Source: Squalus acanthias (lineage: Eukaryota). From it: a DNA stretch of 64,000 nucleotides. Positions 49,945-59,901 of the stretch are shown piece after piece. The position numbers and the translations under genes were made by a program. Location: contig JASTWF010000036.1 in assembly GCA_030390025.1 (NCBI GenBank), positions 62,001 to 126,000 on the forward strand, given 5' to 3'. The notes beneath the pieces are model-generated. The model was not told where the DNA came from, searched no databases, and saw only the letters and a program-made list of their open reading frames with translations. Position 1 is the stretch's first letter. Each line of letters starts with the position of its first letter.

Positions 49945-50171
49945 CTGTCGCTCTCTCTCTCTCTCTCTTTCCCTCTGTCTCTCTCTCTATCTCTCTCTCT
50001 CTGTCTCTCTCTCTGCCTCTCTCTCTCTCTCTCTGTCTCTCTCTCTTTCTCTCTCTCTCTTTCTGTCTCTCTCTGTCTCTCTTTCTCTCTCTATCTATCT
50101 CTCTCTGTCTCTCTCACTGTCTCTCTCTCTCTCTGTCTCTCTCTCTCTGTCTCTCTCTCTCTCTGTCTCTC

Positions 50172-50205
<34 letters not shown>

Positions 50206-50570
50206 ACAGTCTCTGTCTCTGTCTCTCTCTCTGTCTCTCTCTCTCTCTCTGTCTCTCTCTCTCTGTCTCTCTCTCTCTCGCTCTGTCTTTCCGTCTCTCT
50301 CTGTCTCTATCTCTACCTCTGACTCTCTCTCTTCTTTGTCTTTCTGTCTTTTTCTCTCTTTTTCTCTCTCTCTCTCCATCTCTCTCTCTGTCTCTGTTTC
50401 TGTCTCTCTCTCTCTGTATCTCACTTTTTCTCTCTGTCTCTCTCTCTCTGTCTCTCTCTCTCTCTCTCTCTGTCTGTCTCTCTCTGTCTCTCTCTCTGTC
50501 TCTCTCTCTCTCACTGTCTCTCTCTCTCTCTGTCTCCCTGTATCTCTCTCCGTCTCTCTCTCTCTCTCTG

Positions 50571-50604
<34 letters not shown>

Positions 50605-50990
50605 TGTCTCTCTCTCTGTCTCTGTCTCTCTCTCTCTCTGTCTCTCTCTCTGTCTCTCTCTCTGTCTCTGTCTCTCTCTCTCACTGTCTCTCTCTCTCTT
50701 TCTCTCTCTCTCTGTCTTTCCGTCTCTCTCTCTCTGTCTCTATCTCTACCTCTGTCTCTCTCTCTTCTCTGTCTCTCTGTCTCTCTCTCACCCTGTCTCT
50801 CTCTCTTTTTCTCTCTCTTTTTCTCTCTCTCTCTCCGTCTCTCTCTCTCGCTGTTTCTCCGTCTCTCTCTATCTATCTCTCTCTCTATCTCTCTCTGTCT
50901 CTGTCTCTGTCTTTGTCTCTGTTTCTGTCTCTCTCTGTATCTCACTTTTTCTCTCTATCTCTCTCTCTCTGTCTCTCTCTCTCTCTTTTT
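49718..50990. repeat. (CT)n polypyrimidine tract
   Basis: Direct reading. Confidence 0.95.
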
Positions 50991-51318
50991 TTCAGATGAG
51001 ACGTTAAACCGAGGCCCTGTCTGCTCTCTCGGGTGGACGTAAAAGATCCCACGGCCACTATTTCGAAGAAGAGCAGGGGGGAGTTCTCCCCGGGGTCCTG
51101 GGGCCAATATTGATCCCTCGACCAACATCACTAAAAACCAGATGATCTGATCATTTATCACATTGCTGTTTGTGGGAGCTTGCTGTGCGCAAATTGTCTG
51201 CTGCGTTTCCCACATTACAACAGTGACTACACTTAAAAAAAAAAGTACTTCATTGGGTGTGAAGCGCTTTGGGACATCCTGAGGTGGTGAAAGGCGCCGG
51301 AGAAATCTACATTCTTTC
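50991..51318 (+). mobile_element. Deu SINE core and tail abutting an exon acceptor
   Basis: ttcagatgagacgttaaaccgaggcc...gtggtgaaaggcgccggagaaat. Confidence 0.87.
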
Positions 51319-51329
51319 TCTCTCCACAG

Positions 51330-51448
51330 CCACCCGAACCTGTTGCCCGTCGAGCCAAACTCTCCGCAGTCCGGTGCCTCTCCTTCCTACGACCACTTGC
51401 TACCCGGCACGGGGGAATCGCAGGGGGAATTCCCCCTTCGCAAGACTG
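51330..51448 (+). CDS. HDAC7: HDAC7-like exon (N)HPNLLPVEPNSPQSGASPSYDHLLPGTGESQGEFPLRKT
   Basis: ctccacag acceptor, gtgagt donor, 119 nt, phase 2/1. Ends in conserved FPLRKT. Confidence 0.93.
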
Positions 51449-51462
51449 GTGAGTATCACAGA

Positions 51463-52000
51463 TTCGAGCCGGTTACATTAGGAACAGGAGGAGGCCATTC
51501 AGCCCCTCGAGCCTGTTACATTAGGAACAGGAGGAGGCCATTCAGCCCCTCGAGCCTGTTACATTAGGAACAGGAGGAGGCCATTCAGCCCCCTCGAGCC
51601 GGTTACATTAGGAACAGGAGGAGGCCATTCAGCCCCTCGAGCCTGTTACATTAGGAACAGGAGGAGGCCATTCAGCCCCCTCGAGCCTGTTACATTAGGA
51701 ACAGGAGGAGGCCATTCAGCCCCCCTCGAGTCTGTTACATTAGGAACAGGAGGAGGCCGTTCAGCCCCTCGAGCCTGTTACATTAGGAACAGGAGGAGGC
51801 CATTCAGCCCCTCGAGCCTTTTCATGGCTGATGTGTATCCGAACTCCATCCATCCACCTTGGCTCCATATCCCTTAATACCATTGCCTAACAAAAATGTA
51901 TTGTTCTGAGATTTAAAATTACCCCCAACATCTACTGCTTTTTGGGGAGAAAGTTCCACACTTCTACCACTCTCTGGGTGAAGAAATGTTTCCCAACAAT
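51463..52000 (-). mobile_element. CR1 3' tail with about 8 tandem terminal units
   Basis: Reverse complement of the 43-45-bp unit plus 3' UTR. Confidence 0.85.
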
Positions 52001-54248
52001 ACTGTCGGAGGGTCAGTACTGAGGGAGCGCCGCACTGTCGGAAGGGCAGTACTGAGGGAGTGCCGCACTGTCAGAGGAGCGGTACTGAGGGCGCGCCGCA
52101 CTGTCGGAGGGGCAGTACTGAGGGAGCGCCGCACTGTCAGAGGAGCGGTACTGAGGGCGCGCCGCACTGTCGGAGGGGCAGTACTGAGGGAGCGCCGCAC
52201 TGTCGCAGGGGCAGTACTGAGGGAGCGCCGCACTGTCGCAGGGGCAGTACTGAGGGAGCGCCGCACTGTCGCAGGGGCAGTACTGAGGGAGCGCCGCACT
52301 GTCGGAGGGGCGGTACTGAGGGAGCGCCGCACTGTCGGAGGGGCGGTACTGAGGGAGCGCCGCACTGTCGGAGGTGCGGTACTGAGGGCGCGCCGCACTG
52401 TCGGAGGGGCGGTACTGAGGGAGCGGCGCATTGTCGGAGGGGCAGTACTGAGGGAGCGCCGCACTGTCGGAGGGGCGGTACTGACGGAGCGCCGCACTGT
52501 CGGAGGGGCAGTACTGAGGGAGTGCCGCACTGTCAGAGGGGCAGTACTGAGGTAGCGCCGCACTGTCGGAGGGGCAGTACTGAGGGAGCGCCGCACTGTC
52601 GGAAGGGCAGTACTGAGGGAGCGCCGCACTGTCGGAAGGGCAGTACTGAGGGAGCGCCGCACTGTCGGAGGGGCAGTACTGAGGGAGCGCCGCACTGTCA
52701 GAGGGGCAGTACTGAGGGAGCGCCGCACTGACGGGGGTCGGTACTGAGGGAGCGGTGCACTGTCGGGGGGGCGGTACTGAGGGAGCGATGCACTGTCGGA
52801 GGGGCAGTACTGAGGGAGTGCCGCACTGACGGAGGGGCGGTACTGAGGGAGCGCCGCACTGTCAGAGGAGCGGTACTGAGGGCGCGCCGCACTGTCGGAG
52901 GGGCGGTACTGAGGGAGCGCCGCATTGTCGGAGGGGCAGTACTGAGGGAGTGCCGCACTGTCGGAGGGGCAGTACTGAGGGAGCGCCGCACTGTCGCAGG
53001 GGCAGTACTGAGGGAGCGCCGCACTGTCGCAGGGGCAGTACTGAGGGAGCGCCGCACTGTCGGAGGGGCGGTACTGAGGGAGCGCCGCACTGTCGGAGGG
53101 GCAGTACTGAGGGAGCGCCGCACTGTCGCAGGGGCAGTACTGAGGGAGCGCCGCACTGTCGGAGGGGCGGTACTGAGGTAGCGCCGCACTGTCGGAGGGG
53201 CAGTACTGAGGGAGCGCCGCACTGTCGGAGGGGCAGTACTGAGGGAGGGCCGCACTGTCGGAGGGGCAGTACTGAGGGAGGGCCGCACTGTCGGAGGGGC
53301 GGTACTGAGGGAGCGCCGCACTGTCAGAGGAGCGGTACTGAGGGCGCGCCGCACTGTCGGAGGGGCGGTACTGAGGGAGCGCCGCATTGTCGGAGGGGCA
53401 GTACTGAGGGAGTGCCGCACTGTCGGAGGGGCAGTACTGAGGGAGCGCCGCACTGTCGCAGGGGCAGTACTGAGGGAGCGCCGCACTGTCGCAGGGGCAG
53501 TACTGAGGGAGCGCCGCACTGTCGGAGGGGCGGTACTGAGGGAGCGCCGCACTGTCGGAGGGGCGGTACTGAGGGAGCGCCGCACTGTCGGAGGGGCGGT
53601 ACTGAGGGAGCGCCGCATTGTCGGAGGGGCAGTACTGAGGGAGCGCCGCACTGTCGGAGGGGCGGTACTGAGGGAGCGCCGCATTGTCGGAGGGGCAGTA
53701 CTGAGGGAGCGCCGCACTGTTGGAGGGGCAGTACTGAGGTAGCGCCGCACTGTCGGAGGGGCAGTACTGAGGGAGCGCCGCACTGTCGGAGGGGCAGTAC
53801 TGAGGGAGGGCCGCACTGTCGGAGGGGCAGTACTGAGGGAGGGCCGCACTGTCGGAGGGGCGGTACTGACGGAGCGCCGCACTGTCGGAGGGGCGGTACT
53901 GAGGGAGCGCCGCATTGTCGGAGGGGCAGTACTGAGGGAGCGCCGCACTGTCGGAGGGGCAGTACTGAGGTAGCGCCGCACTGTCGGAGGGGCAGTACTG
54001 AGGGAGCGCCGCACTGTCGGAGGGGCAGTACTGACGGAGCGCCGCACTGTCGGAGCGGCAGTACTGAGGGAGCGCCGCACTGTCGGAGCGGCAGTACTGA
54101 GGGAGCGCCGCACTGTCGGAGGGGCGGCACTGAGGGAGCGCCGCACTGTCGGAGGGGCAGTACTGAGGGAGCGGTGCACTGTCGGGGGGGCGGTACTGAG
54201 GGAGCGCCGCACTGTCGGAGGGGCAGTCTTTCGGATAAAACGTTAAAC
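52001..54248 (+). repeat. 33-bp SINE-derived array, about 67 units, ending in the start of the Deu core
   Basis: Array followed by gtctttcggataaaacgttaaac. Confidence 0.92.
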
Positions 54249-54490
54249 TTTCTTTCTTTCTCTCTTTCTTACTTTCTCTCTTTCTCCCTTTCTCTCTTTC
54301 CTTCCTTCCTTCCAGCTCTGGATCCCGTCTGCTTTTCTTATCGCCTAGTCCTGGCGCCTATTGCGAGCCGTGCGTGTGAGCCTGTGAGTGTCTCTGCCCC
54401 TGCGAGTCGTCCCTTTGAAGAATTGTCGCGTTTGACGTGTCTGTTGCGCTGGACTTGCCCGCTGACCTGTTCCGGAACCTTCTCTTGCAG

Positions 54491-54613
54491 CCTCGGAGCC
54501 CAACCTCAAGCTGCGCGTCAAGCTGAAGGCGTCGGAGAAGCGGCGAAGCCCGCTGCTGCGGAGGAAGGACAGCGCGCCGGCCAGCCTGCGCAAGCGGGCT
54601 CCGGAGAGCAGAG
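54491..54613 (+). CDS. HDAC7: HDAC7-like exon (A)SEPNLKLRVKLKASEKRRSPLLRRKDSAPASLRKRAPESR (14-3-3 phosphoserine and NLS)
   Basis: ctcttgcag acceptor, gtgagc donor, 123 nt, phase 1/1. RKDSAPASLRKRAPE matches HDAC7 RKESAPPSLRRRPAE. Confidence 0.95.
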
Positions 54614-54764
54614 GTGAGCCAGAGCGCCGGCTGTACCCACACCCGGAGCGAGGGGTGAGGGGCAGAGCCTTAACCGAGTCCGCCCCGGAACGCCAGCTCC
54701 TGTCGCCCGCGCCCTGCGGAGCTCGCGGAACGTGCCCGGGAATTGGCTTCGCCGCACCTAGGGG

Positions 54765-55952
54765 TGGAGAGGAGGGAGGAAGGGGAGGGTGGAGAGGGGA
54801 GGAGAGGGAGAGGGGAGGATGGGGAGGGGTGGAGGAGAGGGCGGGAGGAGGTGGAGAGGGAGAGGGAGAGGGAGAGGGGAGGGTGGGGAGGAGAGGGAGA
54901 GGGGAGGGTGGGGAGGAGAGGGAGAGGGAGAGGGGAGGGTGGGGAGGAGAGGGAGAGGGAGAGGGGAGGAGGAGGAGGAGAGGGAGAGGGGAGGATGGGG
55001 AGGGATGGAGGAGAGGGCGGGGGGAGGACGAGGGGAGGAGGAGGAGGAGAGGAGGAGGTGGAGAGGGGAGGAAGAGGAGGAGAGGGAGAGGAGGAGGGGA
55101 GGAAGAGGAGGAGAGGGGGAGGGGAGGAGGAGAGGGGAGGAGGAGATGGAGATGGAGAGGAGGAGGAGGGAGGGGAGAGGTAGAGAGGGAGAGGGGAGGA
55201 GGAGGAGGGGAAGGGCAGAGGGGAGGAGGAGAGGAAGAGGGGAGGATGGAGGAGGAGAGGAGGAGAGGGAGAGGGGAGGAGGAGGAGAGGAGGAGGAGAG
55301 GAGAGGGGAGGAGGAGGAGGAGAGGGAGAGGGGAGGAGGAGGAGGAGAGGGAGAGGGAGAGGGGAGGATGGAGAGGAGGAGAGGGAGAGGGAGACGGGAG
55401 GATGGAGAGGAGGAGAGGGAGAGGGAGAGGGGAGGATGGAGAGGAGGAGAGGGAGAGGGAGAGGGGAGGAGGAGGAGGAGAGGGAGAGGGAGAGGGGAGG
55501 AGGAGGAGGAGAGGGAGAGGGAGAGGGGAGGAGGAGCAGGAGAGGGAGAGGGAGAGGGGAGGATGGAGAGGAGGAGAGGGAGAGGGAGAGGGGAGGAGGA
55601 GGAGGAGAGGGAGAGGGAGAGGGGAGGATGGAGAGGAGGAGAGGGAGAGGGAGAGGGGAGGATGGAGAGGAGGAGAGGGAGAGGGAGAGGGGTGGAGGAG
55701 GGAGGTGGAGGAGGAGGGGGGAGGAGGAGGAGGGGGAGGAGGAGGAGGAGGGGGAGAAGGAGAGGAGAGGGGAGGGGAGATGGAGAGGGGAGGATGGGGA
55801 GGGGAGGAGGAGAGGGGAGGAGGAGATGGAGAGGGGAGGCTGGGGAGGGGAGGATGGGGAGGGGAGGATGGGGAGTGGAGGATGGGGAGGAGGAGGAGAG
55901 GGAGGAGGAGAGGGAGAGGGGAGGATGGAGAAGGGAGGAGGAGGAGGAGAGG
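54765..55952. repeat. (GGA/GGGAGA)n polypurine tract, about 1.2 kb
   Basis: Direct reading. Confidence 0.93.
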
Positions 55953-56515
55953 GCATTCGGAGCTGTGGGGGATCTGAGGAGGGGGAGCGGGTGGAGGAGG
56001 GACAGAGGAGAGGGTCGGAAGAGGAGGGTGAGTGAGAGGCAGACAGATCAGCCATGTTTCTTGCTCCTGATCACTGCCCACTGACCCCTGCAGTAAGTGT
56101 GAGAGAGTGAGGGTGCGCGCGTGTCTGTGTGCATGCGTGTTTCTGTTTACACATGTGTGTGTGTGTGTTTGTGTGTGAATGCTCGTTCAGTGAAGTCCGG
56201 AGGGGACTCGCCTGCGATTCCGCCCGCCCTCTCGGCAGCTGACAATGCGTTTCAGCACAACACACACTCCCACTCACCCACACGCACGCACGCACACACT
56301 CACACTCAGCACGGTCCCTGTGGGTGGGGTTACCAGGAAAATTCCGTCGCCCGTGGAATCCGTTCCCCCACCTCCCCCCGGGAAGGAGGAGTGAGGTCCA
56401 CACACAAGCCCCAACGTTAAAACCGTGCGGACGCTCCCTGCGAGATCTGTGTCCCCCCCGCGTCTGAACAGCTATCACTGAATCTTTGCTCTCTCTCTCT
56501 CTCTGTGCGTCTCAG

Positions 56516-56622
56516 AACCCTCACCTGTTAGAAGCAGGACTGCCTCAGGACCTAGCTCCCCCAACGACACCATCCCCTCCGAGAACGCCACCGGTCTGTC
56601 GAACCCCAGCATTCCTCCAGAG
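56516..56622 (+). CDS. HDAC7: HDAC7-like exon (E)PSPVRSRTASGPSSPNDTIPSENATGLSNPSIPPE
   Basis: (ct)n...ctcag acceptor, gtaggt donor, 107 nt, phase 1/0. SGPSSPND matches class IIa SGxSSPN. Confidence 0.88.
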
Positions 56623-56664
56623 GTAGGTTTCCATGTCGAACGGTCGGTTAGATAGCTGCACAGA

Positions 56665-59055
56665 TTATTCAGCAGGGTAAGGATCGCGCACTGTGTAACT
56701 GTACAGAGTCACTGTTTATTCAGCAGGGTAAGGATCACTCGCTGTGTAACTGTACAGAGTCACTGTTTATTCAGGGTAAGGGTCACTCACTGGGTAACTG
56801 TACAGAGTCACTGTTTATTCAGCAGGGTAAGGATCACTCGCTGTGTAACTGTACAGAGTCACTGTTTATTCAGGGTAAGGGTCACTCACTGTGTAACTGT
56901 ACAGAGTCGTTGTTTATTCAGCAGGGTAAGGATCGCGCACTGTGTTCACTGTTTATTCAGCAGGGTAAGGATCGCGCACTGTGTAACTGTACAGAGTCAC
57001 TGTTTATTCAGGGTAAGGGTCACTCACTGTGTAACTGTACAGAGTCACTGTTTATTCAGGGTAAGGGTCGCTCACTGTAACTGTACAGAGTCACTGTTTA
57101 TTCTGGGTAAGGGTCACTCACTGTGTAACTGTACAGAGTCACTGTTTATTCAGGGTAAGGGTCACTCACTGTGTAACTGTACAGAGTCTCTGTTTATTCA
57201 GGGTAAGGGTCACTCACTGTGTAACTGTACAGAGTCACTGTTTATTCAGGGTAAGGATCACTCACTGTGTAACTGTACAGAGTCACTGTTTATTCAGGGT
57301 AAGGATCACTCACTGTGTAACTGTACAGAGTCGCTGTTTATTCAGGGTAAGGGTCACTCACTGTAACTGTACAGAGTCACTGTTTATTCAGGGTAAGGGT
57401 CACTCACTGTGTAACTGTACAGAGTCACTGTTTATTCAGGGTAAGGATCACTCACTGTGTAACTGTACAGAATCGCTGTTTATTCAGGGTAAGGGTCACT
57501 CACTGTGTAACTGTACAGAGTCACTGTTTATTCAGGGTAAGGATCACTCACTGTAACTGTACAGAGTCTCTGTTTATTCAGGGTAAGGGTCACTCGCTGT
57601 GTAACTGTACAGAGTCACTGTTTATTCAGGGTAAGGGTCACTCACTGTGTAACTGTACAGAGTCACTGTTTATTCAGGGTAAGGATCACTCACTGTAACT
57701 GTACAGAGTCTCTGTTTATTCAGGGTAAGGGTCACTCGCTGTGTAACTGTACAGAGTCACTGTTTATTCAGGGTAAGGGTCACTCACTGTGTAACTGTAC
57801 AGAGTCACTGTTTATTCAGGGTAAGGGTCACTCACTGTGTAACTGTACAGAGTCACTGTTTATTCAGGGTAAGGGTCACTCACTGTGTAACTGTACAGAG
57901 TCAGTGTTTATTCAGGGTAAGGGTCACTCACTGTAACTGTACAGAGTCACTGTTTATTCAGGGTAAGGGTCACTCACTGTAACTGTACAGAGTCACTGTT
58001 TATTCAGGGTAAGGGTCACTCACTGTGTAACTGTACAGAGTCGTTGTTTATTCAGGGTAAGGGTCACTCACTGTAACTGTACAGAGACACTGTTTATTCA
58101 GGGTAAGGATCACTCACTGTGTAACTGTACAGAGTCACTGTTTATTCAGGGTAAGGGTCACTCACTGTAACTGTACAGAGTCACTGTTTATTCAGGGTAA
58201 GGGTCACTCACTGTGTAACTGTACAGAGTCACTGTTTATTCAGGGTAAGGATCACTCACTGTGTAACTGTACAGAATCGCTGTTTATTCAGGGTAAGGGT
58301 CACTCACTGTGTAACTGTACAGAGTCACTGTTTATTCAGGGTAAGGATCACTCACTGTAACTGTACAGAGTCTCTGTTTATTCAGGGTAAGGGTCACTCG
58401 CTGTGTAACTGTACAGAGTCACTGTTTATTCAGGGTAAGGGTCACTCACTGTGTAACTGTACAGAGTCACTGTTTATTCAGGGTAAGGGTCACTCACTGT
58501 AACTGTACAGAGTCACTGTTTATTCAGGGTAAGGATCACTCACTGTAACTGTACAGAGTCTCTGTTTATTCAGGGTAAGGGTCACTCGCTGTGTAACTGT
58601 ACAGAGTCACTGTTTATTCAGGGTAAGGGTCACTCACTGTGTAACTGTACAGAGTCACTGTTTATTCAGGGTAAGGGTCACTCACTGTGTAACTGTACAG
58701 AGTCACTGTTTATTCAGGGTAAGGGTCACTCACTGTGTAACTGTGCAGAGTCACTGTTTATTCAGGGTAAGGGTCACTCACTGTAACTGTACGGAGTCAC
58801 TGTTTATTCAGGGTAAGGGTCACTCACTGTGTAACTGTACAGAGTCAGTGTTTATTCAGGGTAAGGGTCACTCACTGTAACTGTACAGAGTCACTGTTTA
58901 TTCAGGGTAAGGGTCACTCACTGTAACTGTACAGAGTCACTGCTTATTCAGGGTAAGGGTCACTCACTAACTGTACAGAGTCACTGTTTATTCAGGGTAA
59001 GGGTCACTCACTGTGTAACTGTACAGAGTCACTGTTTATTCAGCAGGGTAAGGGT
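56665..59055. repeat. 46-48-bp minisatellite, about 50 units
   Basis: Unit cagggtaagggtcactcactgtgtaactgtacagagtcactgtttatt. Confidence 0.95.
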
Positions 59056-59499
59056 TAAGTGTTTTGTCTCCTTGATTTACGGAGCGAATCTATATTTAAC
59101 AGAGGCGGATCGGAAAGGAAAGATCCGTTGCAAAGGACTTCCCTGCCTCGCTCCATTCTTGCCCATCACCCTTCCGATCGGTCTTTTTAAACTCCCCCCG
59201 CGCTCGAATCTTGACTCCTCCGCCTCAAGAACCCGACATGTTTGTCTTTGTCAAAAGATTGTTTAGAAGCAGTGGATCCAATTCCCCCTCTCCCCGCCCC
59301 CGCCCCCGCCTCCCCTCCCCGCCCCCCACAGAGTCACACCCCCGAACCCTTGGAGGGGCAAAGAGCAGCCTCTGCTGCTGCCTGCAGGACAGGGGCTGTA
59401 TCACCACTGACTGAATCACTCGCCCAGTGCACAGACTGTGATCGGACGCCCCCCTCCTCTCGCTCAATCGTCCCAGGGACACTCTCCTGCTCGGCCTGC

Positions 59500-59893
59500 C
59501 TCTCTTCCTTTCTTTCCTTCTCTCTTTTTCTATATTTCTTTCTTTCTCCCTTTCCTTTTCTTTCTTGCTCTTTCTTTCCTTCTTCCTTCCACTCCATTCT
59601 TTCTTTCCTTCTTTCTTTCCCTCTTTCTCTCTTTCTTACCCTCTTTCTTTCTTTCTCTCTTTCTTTCTTTTCTCTTTCTCTCTTTCATTCTTTCTCGTTC
59701 TTTCTTTCCTTCTTTCTCTCTTTCTTTCTTTCTCGCTCTTTTTCTTGTTCTTTCCTTCTTTCTCTCCTTTCGTACTCTCTCTCTTTCTTTCTGTCTCTCT
59801 TTCTTTCTGTCGTTCTTTCCTTCTATCTTTCTTTCTCTCTTTCTTTCTTTCTCTCTGTTTCTTTCCTTCTTTCTTTCTTTTCCCTCTCTCTTC
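59500..59893. repeat. (CTTT)n-like polypyrimidine tract
   Basis: Direct reading. Confidence 0.9.
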
Positions 59894-59901
59894 CCACTGA
59901 G

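Noticed and set aside
54345..56084. Pro/Ser-rich and Gly/Glu/Arg-rich ORFs
   Set aside because: Translations of a GGA polypurine tract. Only 54491-54613 is a real exon, and it is read in a different frame.
59100..59182. Possible next HDAC exon (ADRKGKIRCKGLPCLAPFLPITLPI)
   Set aside because: Weak splice signals and no convincing match to the expected SLPNITLGL/LLPAITLGL exon, which probably lies beyond the window.
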